A stretch of 64,000 bases of DNA, taken from Verrucomicrobiia bacterium (GTDB lineage Bacteria > Verrucomicrobiota > Verrucomicrobiia > Limisphaerales > UBA11358). Positions 38,046 through 46,320 of this stretch are shown here, in pieces. Made by a program: the position numbers and the translations under genes. The number at the start of each line of letters is the position of its first letter. Positions within the stretch are counted from its first letter, which is position 1. Location: positions 13,437-77,436 of the forward strand of contig DATCEV010000034.1 in assembly GCA_036509895.1 (NCBI GenBank), given 5' to 3'. Under the pieces are notes generated by a model. That model was given only the letters and a program-made list of their open reading frames with translations, had not been told where the DNA came from and ran no database searches.

Positions 38046-38080
38046 TTCCACTTTCAAACCTTTATTCTCAATCCAATTCT

Positions 38081-39166
38081 ATGGGATTTTTGAACGACAT
38101 CGAACCGCTGAAACAAACCGCGTTGAATGAATTAAAAAACGCGCCCGACCTCGCCGCGCTTGAACAAACCAAAGGCGCGTGGATCGGGCCGCACGGAAAA
38201 TTCACCGCGCTGATGAAACAACTCGGCACACTTTCCAAAGAAGAAAAACCCGCCGCCGGAAAATTAATCAACGCTGCGAAAGTGGAACTCGAAGCCGCGC
38301 TCGTCTCGCGCCGTGAAGAATTGGAATTGAAAGCCGCGCTGCCCAAAGAGCCGACCGATTTTACTTTGCCCGGACGCCGCCGCGCGCCCGGTAAATTGCA
38401 TCCGCTCACGCAAGTCACCGACGACATCGTCCGCGCCTTTCGCAAAATCGGTTTTGCCGTCGCCGACGGACCGGAAATCGAGGACGAATATCATTGCTTC
38501 GACGCGCTCAACACGCCCGCCGACCATCCCGCGCGCGATTCGCAGGACACATTTTATTTAGTGGGACCGGCTTCCAGCTTGTCTCCGAAATCAAAAACAG
38601 AAGCAAACGAAGTGAACAAAGAATCTTCGTTACCTTCGTTATCTTCTGTAAAACAATTTTTGCTCCGCACGCACACTTCCTCAGTCCAAATTCGCGTGAT
38701 GGAAAAACAGCCGCCGCCGATTCGCATCATTGTTCCCGGCCGCGTTTATCGCCGCGACAACGCCGACGCCACGCATAATCCGACCTTCCAACAAATCGAA
38801 GGACTTTACGTTGACAAAAATGTCACTGTCGGCGATTTGAAAGGCACGGTCGAATTTGTTTTCCGCGAACTCATGGGCGCGGATGTGAAGATTCGTTTTC
38901 GTCCGCATTATTTTAGTTACACCGAGCCGAGCTACGAAATTGATTTCACCAATGCGCTCGTGAAAAAAATGGGCAAGGACTGGCTGGAGATCGCCGGCTG
39001 CGGCATGGTGCATCCGCAGGTGTTTGAGACCGTCGGCTACGACCCCGAAGTCTGGACCGGCTGGGCGTTCGGTTTCGGCATCGAACGCATCGCCATGATT
39101 CGTTACGGCATCAACGACATCCGCCTCTTCTACGAAAACGACGTGAGGTTCCTGAAGCAATTTTAG
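38081..39166 (+). CDS. pheS: Phenylalanine--tRNA ligase alpha subunit (with in-frame palindromic insertion)
   Basis: HPLTQV, FDALNTPADHPARDSQDTFY, LLRTHTSSVQIR, PGRVYRRD, and GCGMVHPQVF...GFGIERIAMIRYGI. Confidence 0.95.
   Translation: MGFLNDIEPLKQTALNELKNAPDLAALEQTKGAWIGPHGKFTALMKQLGTLSKEEKPAAGKLINAAKVELEAALVSRREELELKAALPKEPTDFTLPGRRRAPGKLHPLTQVTDDIVRAFRKIGFAVADGPEIEDEYHCFDALNTPADHPARDSQDTFYLVGPASSLSPKSKTEANEVNKESSLPSLSSVKQFLLRTHTSSVQIRVMEKQPPPIRIIVPGRVYRRDNADATHNPTFQQIEGLYVDKNVTVGDLKGTVEFVFRELMGADVKIRFRPHYFSYTEPSYEIDFTNALVKKMGKDWLEIAGCGMVHPQVFETVGYDPEVWTGWAFGFGIERIAMIRYGINDIRLFYENDVRFLKQF
38598..38648. repeat. Palindromic repeat core inside pheS (in frame)
   Basis: cagaagcaaacgaagtgaacaaagaatcttcgttaccttcgttatcttctg is an imperfect palindrome. 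Translated within ...SKTEANEVNKESSLPSLSSVK.... Confidence 0.75.
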
Positions 39167-39215
39167 GATTCCGAAATACGATTGACAGGATTCCAAATTA
39201 TATTATTTTGGAAGC

Positions 39216-39440
39216 ATTAAAACGACAATTGATATTCCTGAAAAGCTTTTGGCAGAAACTATAAAACACACTGGCGCGAAGACCAAACGCGATGCCGTCG
39301 TGACCGCCGTCAGCGAATTCAACCGCCGTCGTCGGTTGGAAGAATTGGCGGAGCGGCTGCAAGGCTCATGCCCAAATTTTATGACGCAGACTGATTTGCG
39401 GCGGAGGCGGCAAGACCACAAATGGGAAAGATCGCGATGA
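39216..39440 (+). CDS. vapB: Type II antitoxin VapB (DUF2191-like), probable non-canonical ATT start
   Basis: In-frame reading from ATT at 39216 gives (M)KTTIDIPEKLLAETIKHTGAKTKRDAVVTAVSEFNRRRRLEEL, the full-length family N-terminus. The ORF track starts at TTG 39249, which would remove the first strand. The stop overlaps the vapC ATG (ATGA). Confidence 0.65.
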   Translation: MKTTIDIPEKLLAETIKHTGAKTKRDAVVTAVSEFNRRRRLEELAERLQGSCPNFMTQTDLRRRRQDHKWERSR

Positions 39441-39814
39441 CCTTGGTGGACGCATCAAGTTGGATCGAATTTCTGCGCGGACGAAGCAGCGAGCCGAGCG
39501 AGCGCGTCAAAACTCTGCTCGCGCGCGGACAAGCCGCCTGGTGTGAATTCACGTTGGTTGAACTTTGGAACGGCGCGCAAGGCCACGTTGAAAAGAAAGT
39601 GTTGGAAGAATTGGAAGTCGAAGTCCAACTTTACGCCGTCAACGAACAAGTCTGGGCAAAAGCCCGTTTGCTGGCGCGGCGCAGCCGGGAAAAAGGAATC
39701 ACGGCAACTTCAGGCGACATTGTGGTTGCCGCCTGTGTTGTTAATTATGATTTGGAAGTAGAACATTGCGACAGCCACTTCGACAAAATTCTGCCTATCG
39801 CGAAAAAATTATGA
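39437..39814 (+). CDS. vapC: PIN-domain toxin VapC
   Basis: MTLVDASSWIEFL (first acidic residue), LVELWNG, SGDIVVAACV, and EHCDSHFD. These acidic residues are spaced as in PIN domains. Confidence 0.8.
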   Translation: MTLVDASSWIEFLRGRSSEPSERVKTLLARGQAAWCEFTLVELWNGAQGHVEKKVLEELEVEVQLYAVNEQVWAKARLLARRSREKGITATSGDIVVAACVVNYDLEVEHCDSHFDKILPIAKKL

Positions 39815-39970
39815 TTCCTGAAACTACGACAACAATTGTTCGATGTTAAAATTTTGAAAAGGATTTCGACTTGCGCCGGTTTTCGGCGTTGTTAAAGTGC
39901 GCCTTGCATTTTTATCCGCAACGGCGGTTTTCCGTTCGATCAGAAATTTTTTGATTAAATTTATTTACGC

Positions 39971-40915
39971 GTGAAAATTTTTAGCGGCACAGCAAATGAA
40001 CCTTTGGCCGGCGCCATCTGCAAATCCATCGGCGCGGAATTGGGCAAATGCACCATCAAACCGTTTCCCGACGGCGAGACGTTTGTGAAGATCGAGGAGA
40101 ACGTGCGCGGCGAGGAAGTGTTCATCGTGCAGCCGACTTCGCCGCCGACGAATCACAATCTGATGGAATTGTTCATCATGATGGATGCGTTGCGGCGCGC
40201 GAGCGCAAAAAGAATCACCGCCGTGCTGCCCTTTTACGGTTATGCGCGGCAGGACCGCAAAGATCAGCCGCGCGTGCCCATCACGGCGAAATTGGTGGCG
40301 AATCTTTTGGTGGCGGCGGGAGCCAATCGCATTTTGACGATGGATTTGCACGCGCAGCAGATTCAAGGATTTTTTGACATTCCGGTGGATCATCTTTATG
40401 CGGCGCCGGTGATGTATGAATATTTGCGCAAAAAAAAATTGACCAATCTGGTTGTCGTCAGCCCGGATACGGGCGGCTTGAAAATGGCGCACGCGTATTC
40501 GCAAATGCTCGAAGGCGGTCTGGCGATTGTCGCCAAGCGGCGCAAAAATGCGACGGACGTGGAATCCATGGCAGTCATCGGCGAAATTCGCGGGAAAAAT
40601 ATTTTGCTGGTGGACGACTTGACGGAAACGGCGGGCACGTTGACGGAGGCCGCGGCTTTATTGAAGAAAAAAGGCGCGAAACAGATTCTGGCCTGCGTGT
40701 CGCACGCGATTCTGGGCGAAACGGGCATCGCGCGATTGCGAAAATCGGCGATTGACGAATTGATTACAACTGATACCGTCCAACGCCCTGCGATTGACGG
40801 CGTGAAGATTACAACGCTTTCGGTCGCCGGACTTTTGGGCGAAGCCATCAAACGGATTCACAGTAATTCGTCGGTCAATTCGCTCTTTGAGTTCAAAGGC
40901 GGGCGCACGAGTTAA
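39971..40915 (+). CDS. prs: Ribose-phosphate pyrophosphokinase (GTG start)
   Basis: FPDGETFVKIEENVRGEEVFIVQ, YGYARQDRK, DLHAQQIQGFF, and the PRPP loop LVDDLTETAGTL. Confidence 0.95.
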   Translation: MKIFSGTANEPLAGAICKSIGAELGKCTIKPFPDGETFVKIEENVRGEEVFIVQPTSPPTNHNLMELFIMMDALRRASAKRITAVLPFYGYARQDRKDQPRVPITAKLVANLLVAAGANRILTMDLHAQQIQGFFDIPVDHLYAAPVMYEYLRKKKLTNLVVVSPDTGGLKMAHAYSQMLEGGLAIVAKRRKNATDVESMAVIGEIRGKNILLVDDLTETAGTLTEAAALLKKKGAKQILACVSHAILGETGIARLRKSAIDELITTDTVQRPAIDGVKITTLSVAGLLGEAIKRIHSNSSVNSLFEFKGGRTS

Positions 40916-40939
40916 AAAATTCCAATGCGCGCAATTTTT

Positions 40940-41869
40940 TTAGAAATCGCTGCCGATGGGCATAAGACCCTTTGAATATGAAATCAAACCTAAATCAATG
41001 CCTGAAACTTCAATTCTCACCGTTTTGAGCTTCGCATAAGAGTCGTTATCTTCAAGCTCTTTTACGGTGACATCCTTGCGATACCAGGTGATTGCGTAAT
41101 AGGGCAGACGCCTTTCATTGCCTGGCAGGTCCTCGGACTCACTGACCCAATAACCTTGGGTGATTTCCGGTGGATAAAAATCCAGCGGATGAAAATCCTT
41201 CTCCTTGTGTCCCAGTATCTTGAAATACTTTGCCGCCAATATCGCCGCGCTTTTTTTATTGAGTTTGTTCTGAAGATTCATCGCCTGGAGGGCTTCAATT
41301 TTTTCTTTCGGCGGATTTTCCAAGTCGAAATAAGTTTTAATGGGGCGATGAAATGACCAGATTTCCGTCTTGTTGGATTCAGTAAGGTAAGAGAAATAAG
41401 TATTGTTCGTTAGTCTCAAATTCCCTTGGCAGCCGGGGCGGTCGTGGAAATAAGTCACCCGGTAATATTTTATTTGGTTGGTTTCCAACGGAAGATCGTT
41501 GGTCTGTCCCATCCGCTGCAAAAATGCCTGTGCCAATGGAATCATTGTTTCTTTGAGGTAGGTCTTCTCCAATTTTTCCGGCGCATGAAATATGCTTTCG
41601 TTGGTTTCTCTCTGGTCGGTAAAGAATCCAATGCCCCAACCATTGGTCAATTGCATCTTGGCCACCCAACCGTCGTCATAAAAGTCCACCTTGTAGCTTT
41701 GCACCTGATTCGTCGTGATGGGCAAATCATTCGTCTGGGCGATCCGCAGCAAGAGTTCTTGTGCCCGTGGAATCATTTTTTCTTTGAGATACATCTCCTC
41801 CTTTTCCCCGCCCAATACAAGCGCGGGGAAAAGGAGCAAGACGGCAAGGATGAGAATTGTATTTTTCAT
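40940..41869 (-). CDS. Secreted hypothetical protein with internal tandem duplication (low-GC island)
   Basis: Signal peptide MKNTILILAVLLLFPALVLG. Two units of about 80 aa share YLKE-MIP-AQ..L.R..QTNDLP..TNQ...Y.V. The start overlaps the stop of the upstream frame (TGATG). Confidence 0.6.
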   Translation of the reverse strand: MKNTILILAVLLLFPALVLGGEKEEMYLKEKMIPRAQELLLRIAQTNDLPITTNQVQSYKVDFYDDGWVAKMQLTNGWGIGFFTDQRETNESIFHAPEKLEKTYLKETMIPLAQAFLQRMGQTNDLPLETNQIKYYRVTYFHDRPGCQGNLRLTNNTYFSYLTESNKTEIWSFHRPIKTYFDLENPPKEKIEALQAMNLQNKLNKKSAAILAAKYFKILGHKEKDFHPLDFYPPEITQGYWVSESEDLPGNERRLPYYAITWYRKDVTVKELEDNDSYAKLKTVRIEVSGIDLGLISYSKGLMPIGSDF

Positions 41870-42075
41870 CAGTCACTATATTGCAAGGAACCATTGCCAT
41901 ACCACTTGATTGGCACATTGTTGAATACCGATGGAGCGGCCTTATAGGCTTGCTGTATTGCACGAGTAAGCGTTATGTCACCATTTCCATCATCCATCCA
42001 AGTCGTCCAGAATTGCAACGTCCAGTCTATATGAGAAGTGTCAAAGCGGAATACCACCGGCGCGCTCCAGCCCAT
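41869..42075 (-). CDS. Out-of-frame continuation of the CHAT-like domain (either a frameshifted 3' end of the upstream gene or a separate 68-aa ORF)
   Basis: The ORF-track frame 41869..42180 reads ...KRAFMGWSAPVVFRFDTSHIDWTLQFWTTWMDDGNGDITLTRAIQQAYKA. This matches the segment that normally follows the catalytic Cys in CHAT domains (rAFl.aGa..vv..lW.v.D......f...l..g.....A...A). Confidence 0.45.
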   Translation of the reverse strand: MGWSAPVVFRFDTSHIDWTLQFWTTWMDDGNGDITLTRAIQQAYKAAPSVFNNVPIKWYGNGSLQYSD

Positions 42076-43789
42076 GAAAGCACGTTTGTGAAAGGTTGGC
42101 TTCGTTAAGCGCGTCTCCGGAAACCGTCTTGGAAATGCCAAAGGCTTCGGGCAAATCTCCCAGCGCGGTGTTGCAACCATCCAAAAATACGAAGTTAAAT
42201 GGCTTGTGTGTCATGGGTTTTCCCGCAAACGATCCATAACTGGCGGGCAAGGAGGATATGTAAGAATTACCGAACAACGCCGCCAAATCTTTGCCAGAAA
42301 TAACCGCATCTTCGATTCCAAACGCATTGCCATTGGTGTTGCCATGACAATAAAAATATAGCGCGCTGACATTTTGGTTGTCCAAATCGCTCTTTAATTG
42401 AGTCAGGTCAGCGCTGTTTTGAATTAGTTCGACATTGCCGCCGAACATTTGGCGATTCAGGTCATCCACCAAACCCAGAAAATCAGCAATCTGGTTGCAA
42501 AGATTGATCACATCGGTATTAAGCGAACCCGCAATCGGCACGCGGGCGACAATGGTTTGCCTGCTACCCCACTGATTTTCCCACCAGACCAGCGTTTTCG
42601 TCGAACCGCTTCTCATGCCTGAATCATTCGGCGTGACTGTTCCCGCCGCCATGCTCGAAGAGATGTTTGAACTCTGATGAATGGCAAGAAACATTTCACG
42701 CGCGGACATTGTTTCTATGGTCGTCGCGTAGGGATTGTTGGCCGGTTGTTCTGGCAGTGGCGGATAAATCAATTTTTCCTCTGGCGTAAGCTGATTGTAA
42801 ATGTTCAAAATTTGCAGATAAGCAGTCAACGGGTTCGGCGCGGGTTTTTGCGCGGTAAATTCCGGCACGCCATACGAGTTTAACTTGGACGAAACCGATG
42901 TCGCTCCCAAAGTGCTGGCAACGCTCGAACTCATCATTGAAAATCCGTCGCCTGTTTCCGTCACGTCCACCGTGATTTGATACAAACTTTCGACTGACAA
43001 CGACTGGCCATTATTGTCCGTGCCGTCCCAATTTGTATTGATGTTGCCATCCGTGGTTGAGCCGGAAATGGTGCGAACAATTGTGCCATTCGTGTCCGTC
43101 ACTGTTACCAGCCAGTCCGCCGGAAAAAAATCCGAAGTCACATCAATCGGCACATCATAATTGAACATGGAACTGGCATCCAGCCAGCGCACAGGATTTT
43201 CAAAATCCAACGTGATTGAACTGGAAAGCGTTTCGTTATTGGCCGTATCCACAGCGCCAACATACAACGTATGAAGACCATTTGTAAAATGAGTCGTGTC
43301 CAGGCTAAATAAAATGCCGCCGGAATCAATGAAGCCGACCAGCGCGTCATCCAAATAAAGATTGACGCCTTGAATTTGAGTTCCAATTTGCGCGCCGACT
43401 CCAACGGCGATTGTTCCGCTAATTGTTTCTCCATTCGTCGGCGAAAAAATTTGAACTCCGCTATTTGTGGGAATCGCCGCAATAAAAAATCCGTTTGGCG
43501 CATTTGTGGTGGAAATGCCGGCGGAAATATTTGGGTCGCTTGAAAAAACATCTTCCAATGGCGTCCAAAGAGAAAGAGGCATGGTTAAATCCGGCGTGGA
43601 AAACAGCCGGTAAGTTGTGCCAATGCTATTCGTCCAAGTGATTTGAGCTAATGCCGGCGAATCTTTTGAAATGCTCAAATACGGCGGCGATTGAGCAATT
43701 GAGTTTGAAGTGAGGCAGCAGGCGAGAACGCAACCGGCTGCGAACCTTCCGGTAATTGTTCCACTAATTGCTTGTTTGGTTGTTTTCAT
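42041..43789 (-). CDS. Secreted Ig-like/FlgD-Ig-like domain protein with C-terminal CHAT-like (clan CD, caspase-fold) protease domain, apparently truncated by a frameshift
   Basis: ORF 42041..43978, trimmed to MKTTKQAISG...CCLTSNSIAQ (signal). Ig-like segments are GLHTLYVGAVDTANN and WLVTVTDTNGTIVRTISG...NWDGTDNNGQ. A His...Cys dyad sits in beta-strand context (SALYFYCHGN ... FNFVFLDGCNTALG). Confidence 0.6.
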   Translation of the reverse strand: MKTTKQAISGTITGRFAAGCVLACCLTSNSIAQSPPYLSISKDSPALAQITWTNSIGTTYRLFSTPDLTMPLSLWTPLEDVFSSDPNISAGISTTNAPNGFFIAAIPTNSGVQIFSPTNGETISGTIAVGVGAQIGTQIQGVNLYLDDALVGFIDSGGILFSLDTTHFTNGLHTLYVGAVDTANNETLSSSITLDFENPVRWLDASSMFNYDVPIDVTSDFFPADWLVTVTDTNGTIVRTISGSTTDGNINTNWDGTDNNGQSLSVESLYQITVDVTETGDGFSMMSSSVASTLGATSVSSKLNSYGVPEFTAQKPAPNPLTAYLQILNIYNQLTPEEKLIYPPLPEQPANNPYATTIETMSAREMFLAIHQSSNISSSMAAGTVTPNDSGMRSGSTKTLVWWENQWGSRQTIVARVPIAGSLNTDVINLCNQIADFLGLVDDLNRQMFGGNVELIQNSADLTQLKSDLDNQNVSALYFYCHGNTNGNAFGIEDAVISGKDLAALFGNSYISSLPASYGSFAGKPMTHKPFNFVFLDGCNTALGDLPEAFGISKTVSGDALNEANLSQTCFHGLERAGGIPL

Positions 43790-43793
43790 AATT

Positions 43794-43955
43794 GTGGTTT
43801 CGGTTTTGAGGTTGAACCTGGCCGCGCTCAATGCTCGCACCATCCGGCACATTGAAGCTGGAGAAATGAACATTCTCATTACCACCATCGCCAGAATTCG
43901 CAAAGCGCTGGATTGTAAATGGGATGACCTCGTTCCCAACGAATGGAAGCGATAA
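43794..43955 (+). pseudogene. Short XRE/Cro-type HTH remnant or mini-ORF at the island edge
   Basis: ...LNLAALNARTIRHIEAGEMNILITTIARIRKALDCKWDDLV resembles the C-terminal two-thirds of an HTH_3 domain. The only start option is GTG at 43794, and the N-terminal helices are missing. Confidence 0.3.
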
Positions 43956-44084
43956 ACGATCAAAGCATCCCGGAACAACTTTTATTTGAAATCCGTTATT
44001 GACGGATGGCCGGCAACTGATATTTTTTTCGTCCCTTTAATTCAAAAGGCAAGCGTGCTGGCACGCAATGATCGTTTTAAGAAA

Positions 44085-44855
44085 ATGAAATCAGTCGCAT
44101 TAAAAGCCTATCCGCGCACGCAAGTGCAGCGCGCCGAAGTCAAAAAACTCCGCGCGTCCGGCCGCGTCCCCGCGACGATTTACGGACGTCAGGCCAAGCC
44201 GCAGAATTTGGAAATCAGCGCGAAAGAAATCAGCGACCTCATTCACCATTCTGTTTCGGAAAATTTGCTCGTAGATTTGTCCGTGGAAAATGACGCGCGC
44301 GCCAAGCGCCTCGCGCTCGTGCAGGAAATCCAGCATCATCCGATTGACGGGAAAATTCTTCACATTGATTTTCACGAAGTCGCCGAAAACGAAAAAGTGA
44401 CCGTGCAAGTGCCGGTGGAAACGACCGGCGAAGCTGTCGGCGTCAAAACCGGCGGCGGCGTGCTCGAACACGTTTTGTTCAAATTGAAAGTTCGCTGCCT
44501 GCCCAAAGATTTGCCGGAGCAAATTATCGTGGACGTGACCAGTCTTGAGATTGGCAAATCTTTTCACATTGCCGACATCAAAGTGCCGGAAGGTGTGGAA
44601 ATTTTGGGCGACAAACATATTTCAGTGGTGGCCGTCGCCGCGCCGCGCGCCGAAGAAGAAGTGGCCGCGACCGAAGCGGTTCCCGCTGCGGGCGACGTGG
44701 AAATGACCAAGGAGAAAAAAGAAGAAGGCGCGGAAGGCGCCGCGCCCGCGAAAGCCGGCGAGAAAGCTCCGGCCAAGGGCGACGCGAAGGCGGCTGCGGC
44801 AGGCGACAAAAAAGCCGAGGCCAAACCGGAAGCCAAGGCCGAGAAGAAAAAATAA
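44085..44855 (+). CDS. rplY: 50S ribosomal protein L25 / general stress protein Ctc, with Lys/Ala/Glu-rich tail
   Basis: MKSVALKAYPRTQVQRAEVKKLRASGRVPATIYGRQ...HHPIDGKILHIDF is the L25/Ctc signature. It lies in the prs-ctc-pth context. Confidence 0.9.
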   Translation: MKSVALKAYPRTQVQRAEVKKLRASGRVPATIYGRQAKPQNLEISAKEISDLIHHSVSENLLVDLSVENDARAKRLALVQEIQHHPIDGKILHIDFHEVAENEKVTVQVPVETTGEAVGVKTGGGVLEHVLFKLKVRCLPKDLPEQIIVDVTSLEIGKSFHIADIKVPEGVEILGDKHISVVAVAAPRAEEEVAATEAVPAAGDVEMTKEKKEEGAEGAAPAKAGEKAPAKGDAKAAAAGDKKAEAKPEAKAEKKK

Positions 44856-44885
44856 TTTTTGCGGCGCGAGCCGCTTTTCCCGCGC

Positions 44886-45491
44886 ATGGAGCCATTGCAT
44901 CTCATCGTGGGTTTGGGAAATCCGGGCGCGGAATATGTGCAGACGCGCCACAACGCCGGTTTTTTGCTGGTCGAAAAACTGGCGGCGCAATGGAAAGCGG
45001 ATTGGACGAACGAACGAAAGTTTCGCGCGCGAATCGCCAAAGCGAATCGCCACGACAAAAAAGTTTTGCTCTGCGAGCCGCAGACGTTCATGAATTTGAG
45101 CGGCGAAACGGTCGGCGCGCTGAAAGATTTTTATCAGTTGCCGCTCGCGCAAATTTTGATCGCCGTGGACGACGCGGATTTGCCTTTCGGCGAAATCCGG
45201 TTGCGCGCGAGTGGCAGCAGCGGTGGACATCACGGTTTGGAATCCATCGAGCAGCATTTGGCGTCGCGCGAATTTGCGCGCTTGCGGATCGGCATCGGCC
45301 GCAAAGACGGCGCGCGGGAGATCACAAATTACGTTCTCGGAAAATTTGATTCGAGCGAGGGCGAATTGCTGGAAAAGATTTTGGAACGGGCGGCCAATCA
45401 AATTGAAACCTGGTTGGAAGCGGGAATTGAAAAAGCGATGAGTCAATTTAACGGAGTCGTGGACTCCAAAAACGAAGAAAATAAAAAGTGA
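44886..45491 (+). CDS. pth: Peptidyl-tRNA hydrolase
   Basis: LIVGLGNPGAEYVQTRHNAGF, MNLSGE, DDADLPFGEIRLR, and GGHHGL. Confidence 0.95.
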   Translation: MEPLHLIVGLGNPGAEYVQTRHNAGFLLVEKLAAQWKADWTNERKFRARIAKANRHDKKVLLCEPQTFMNLSGETVGALKDFYQLPLAQILIAVDDADLPFGEIRLRASGSSGGHHGLESIEQHLASREFARLRIGIGRKDGAREITNYVLGKFDSSEGELLEKILERAANQIETWLEAGIEKAMSQFNGVVDSKNEENKK

Positions 45492-45793
45492 AACGATACG
45501 AAGGTCTGTTCATCCTGAACACAGCAGGAAAAGAAGAAGGCGTCAAAGACACACTCGATAAAGTCGAGGCGGAAATTGTCGCGGCGGGCGGCAAAGTCGA
45601 GACCGTGCAAAAAATGGAGAAGAAAAGTTTTGCGCGCATCGCCGACAAAAAACACATCGCCGGATTTTACGCGAACGTCATTTTCAACGGCACGCCGACG
45701 ATCATCGCGCAGTTGCGCGCGAAATTCGGCTTGAGCGAAGACGTTTTTCGCGTGATCTTCACCGATTCGCCGGAACCGAAGCTCGCAAAATAA
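45488..45793 (+). CDS. rpsF: 30S ribosomal protein S6 (GTG start overlapping the pth stop)
   Basis: MKRYEGLFILN...W.KK.FA..I...H.G.Y-like pattern, at the position upstream of ssb. Confidence 0.85.
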   Translation: MKRYEGLFILNTAGKEEGVKDTLDKVEAEIVAAGGKVETVQKMEKKSFARIADKKHIAGFYANVIFNGTPTIIAQLRAKFGLSEDVFRVIFTDSPEPKLAK

Positions 45794-45804
45794 ATTAATT
45801 TATC

Positions 45805-46263
45805 ATGGCCAGTTTCAACAAAGTCATCTTGATGGGCAATCTGACGCGCGACCCTGAATTGCGTTATACGCCCAAGGGAACTGCCATTGCCAAAATCGGT
45901 CTGGCGGTCAATCGGAATTGGACAAGCGAAAGTGGCGAGAAAAAAGAGGAAGTGACTTTTGTGGACGTGGATGTTTTTGGCCGCACGGCGGAAAACGTGG
46001 GTCAATATATGCGCAAAGGCCGCCCGATTTTGGTCGAAGGCCGGCTCAAGCTCGACCAATGGGACGACAAACAAACCGGACAAAAGCGCAGCCGTCTGGG
46101 CGTCGTCGCGGAAACGGTTCAATTTCTCGGCAGCGCGCCCGGTGCCGGCGAAGGCGGCGCACCAGGAACTCCACGCGCGCCGCGTCCAGCCGCAACCAAC
46201 GCGCCTGCAAGCGAACCGGTCGAAGGCGACGCGCCGCCCGAAAGCGACGACGTTCCGTTTTAA
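45805..46263 (+). CDS. ssb: Single-stranded DNA-binding protein
   Basis: MASFNKVILMGNLTRDPELRYTPKGTAIAKIGLAVNR (OB fold), a Gly/Pro/Ala-rich linker, and the acidic tip ESDDVPF. Confidence 0.95.
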   Translation: MASFNKVILMGNLTRDPELRYTPKGTAIAKIGLAVNRNWTSESGEKKEEVTFVDVDVFGRTAENVGQYMRKGRPILVEGRLKLDQWDDKQTGQKRSRLGVVAETVQFLGSAPGAGEGGAPGTPRAPRPAATNAPASEPVEGDAPPESDDVPF

Positions 46264-46292
46264 TTAAAATTTTTCGGGAGAATTTTTTTCTC

Positions 46293-46320
46293 TCAACTTT
46301 CAACCATCAACTCTCAACTT
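46293..46320. repeat. Four tandem TCAACNN heptamers (single arm of the heptamer-stem repeat family) in the rplI 5' region
   Basis: tcaactt tcaacca tcaactc tcaactt. No complementary arm lies nearby. Confidence 0.7.

Noticed and set aside
37982-38080. Looked for a Phe-rich leader peptide or T-box ahead of pheS, as in the E. coli pheM attenuator.
   Set aside because: There is no ATG/GTG mini-ORF with Phe codons and no T-box-like specifier structure. The spacer holds only a simple hairpin plus T-run terminator.
40916-44084. Is the low-GC island a prophage or an integrative element?
   Set aside because: I see no integrase, transposase, tRNA attachment site or flanking direct repeats. The only supporting evidence is compositional deviation and the XRE-like fragment, so I report it as an island of unknown origin.
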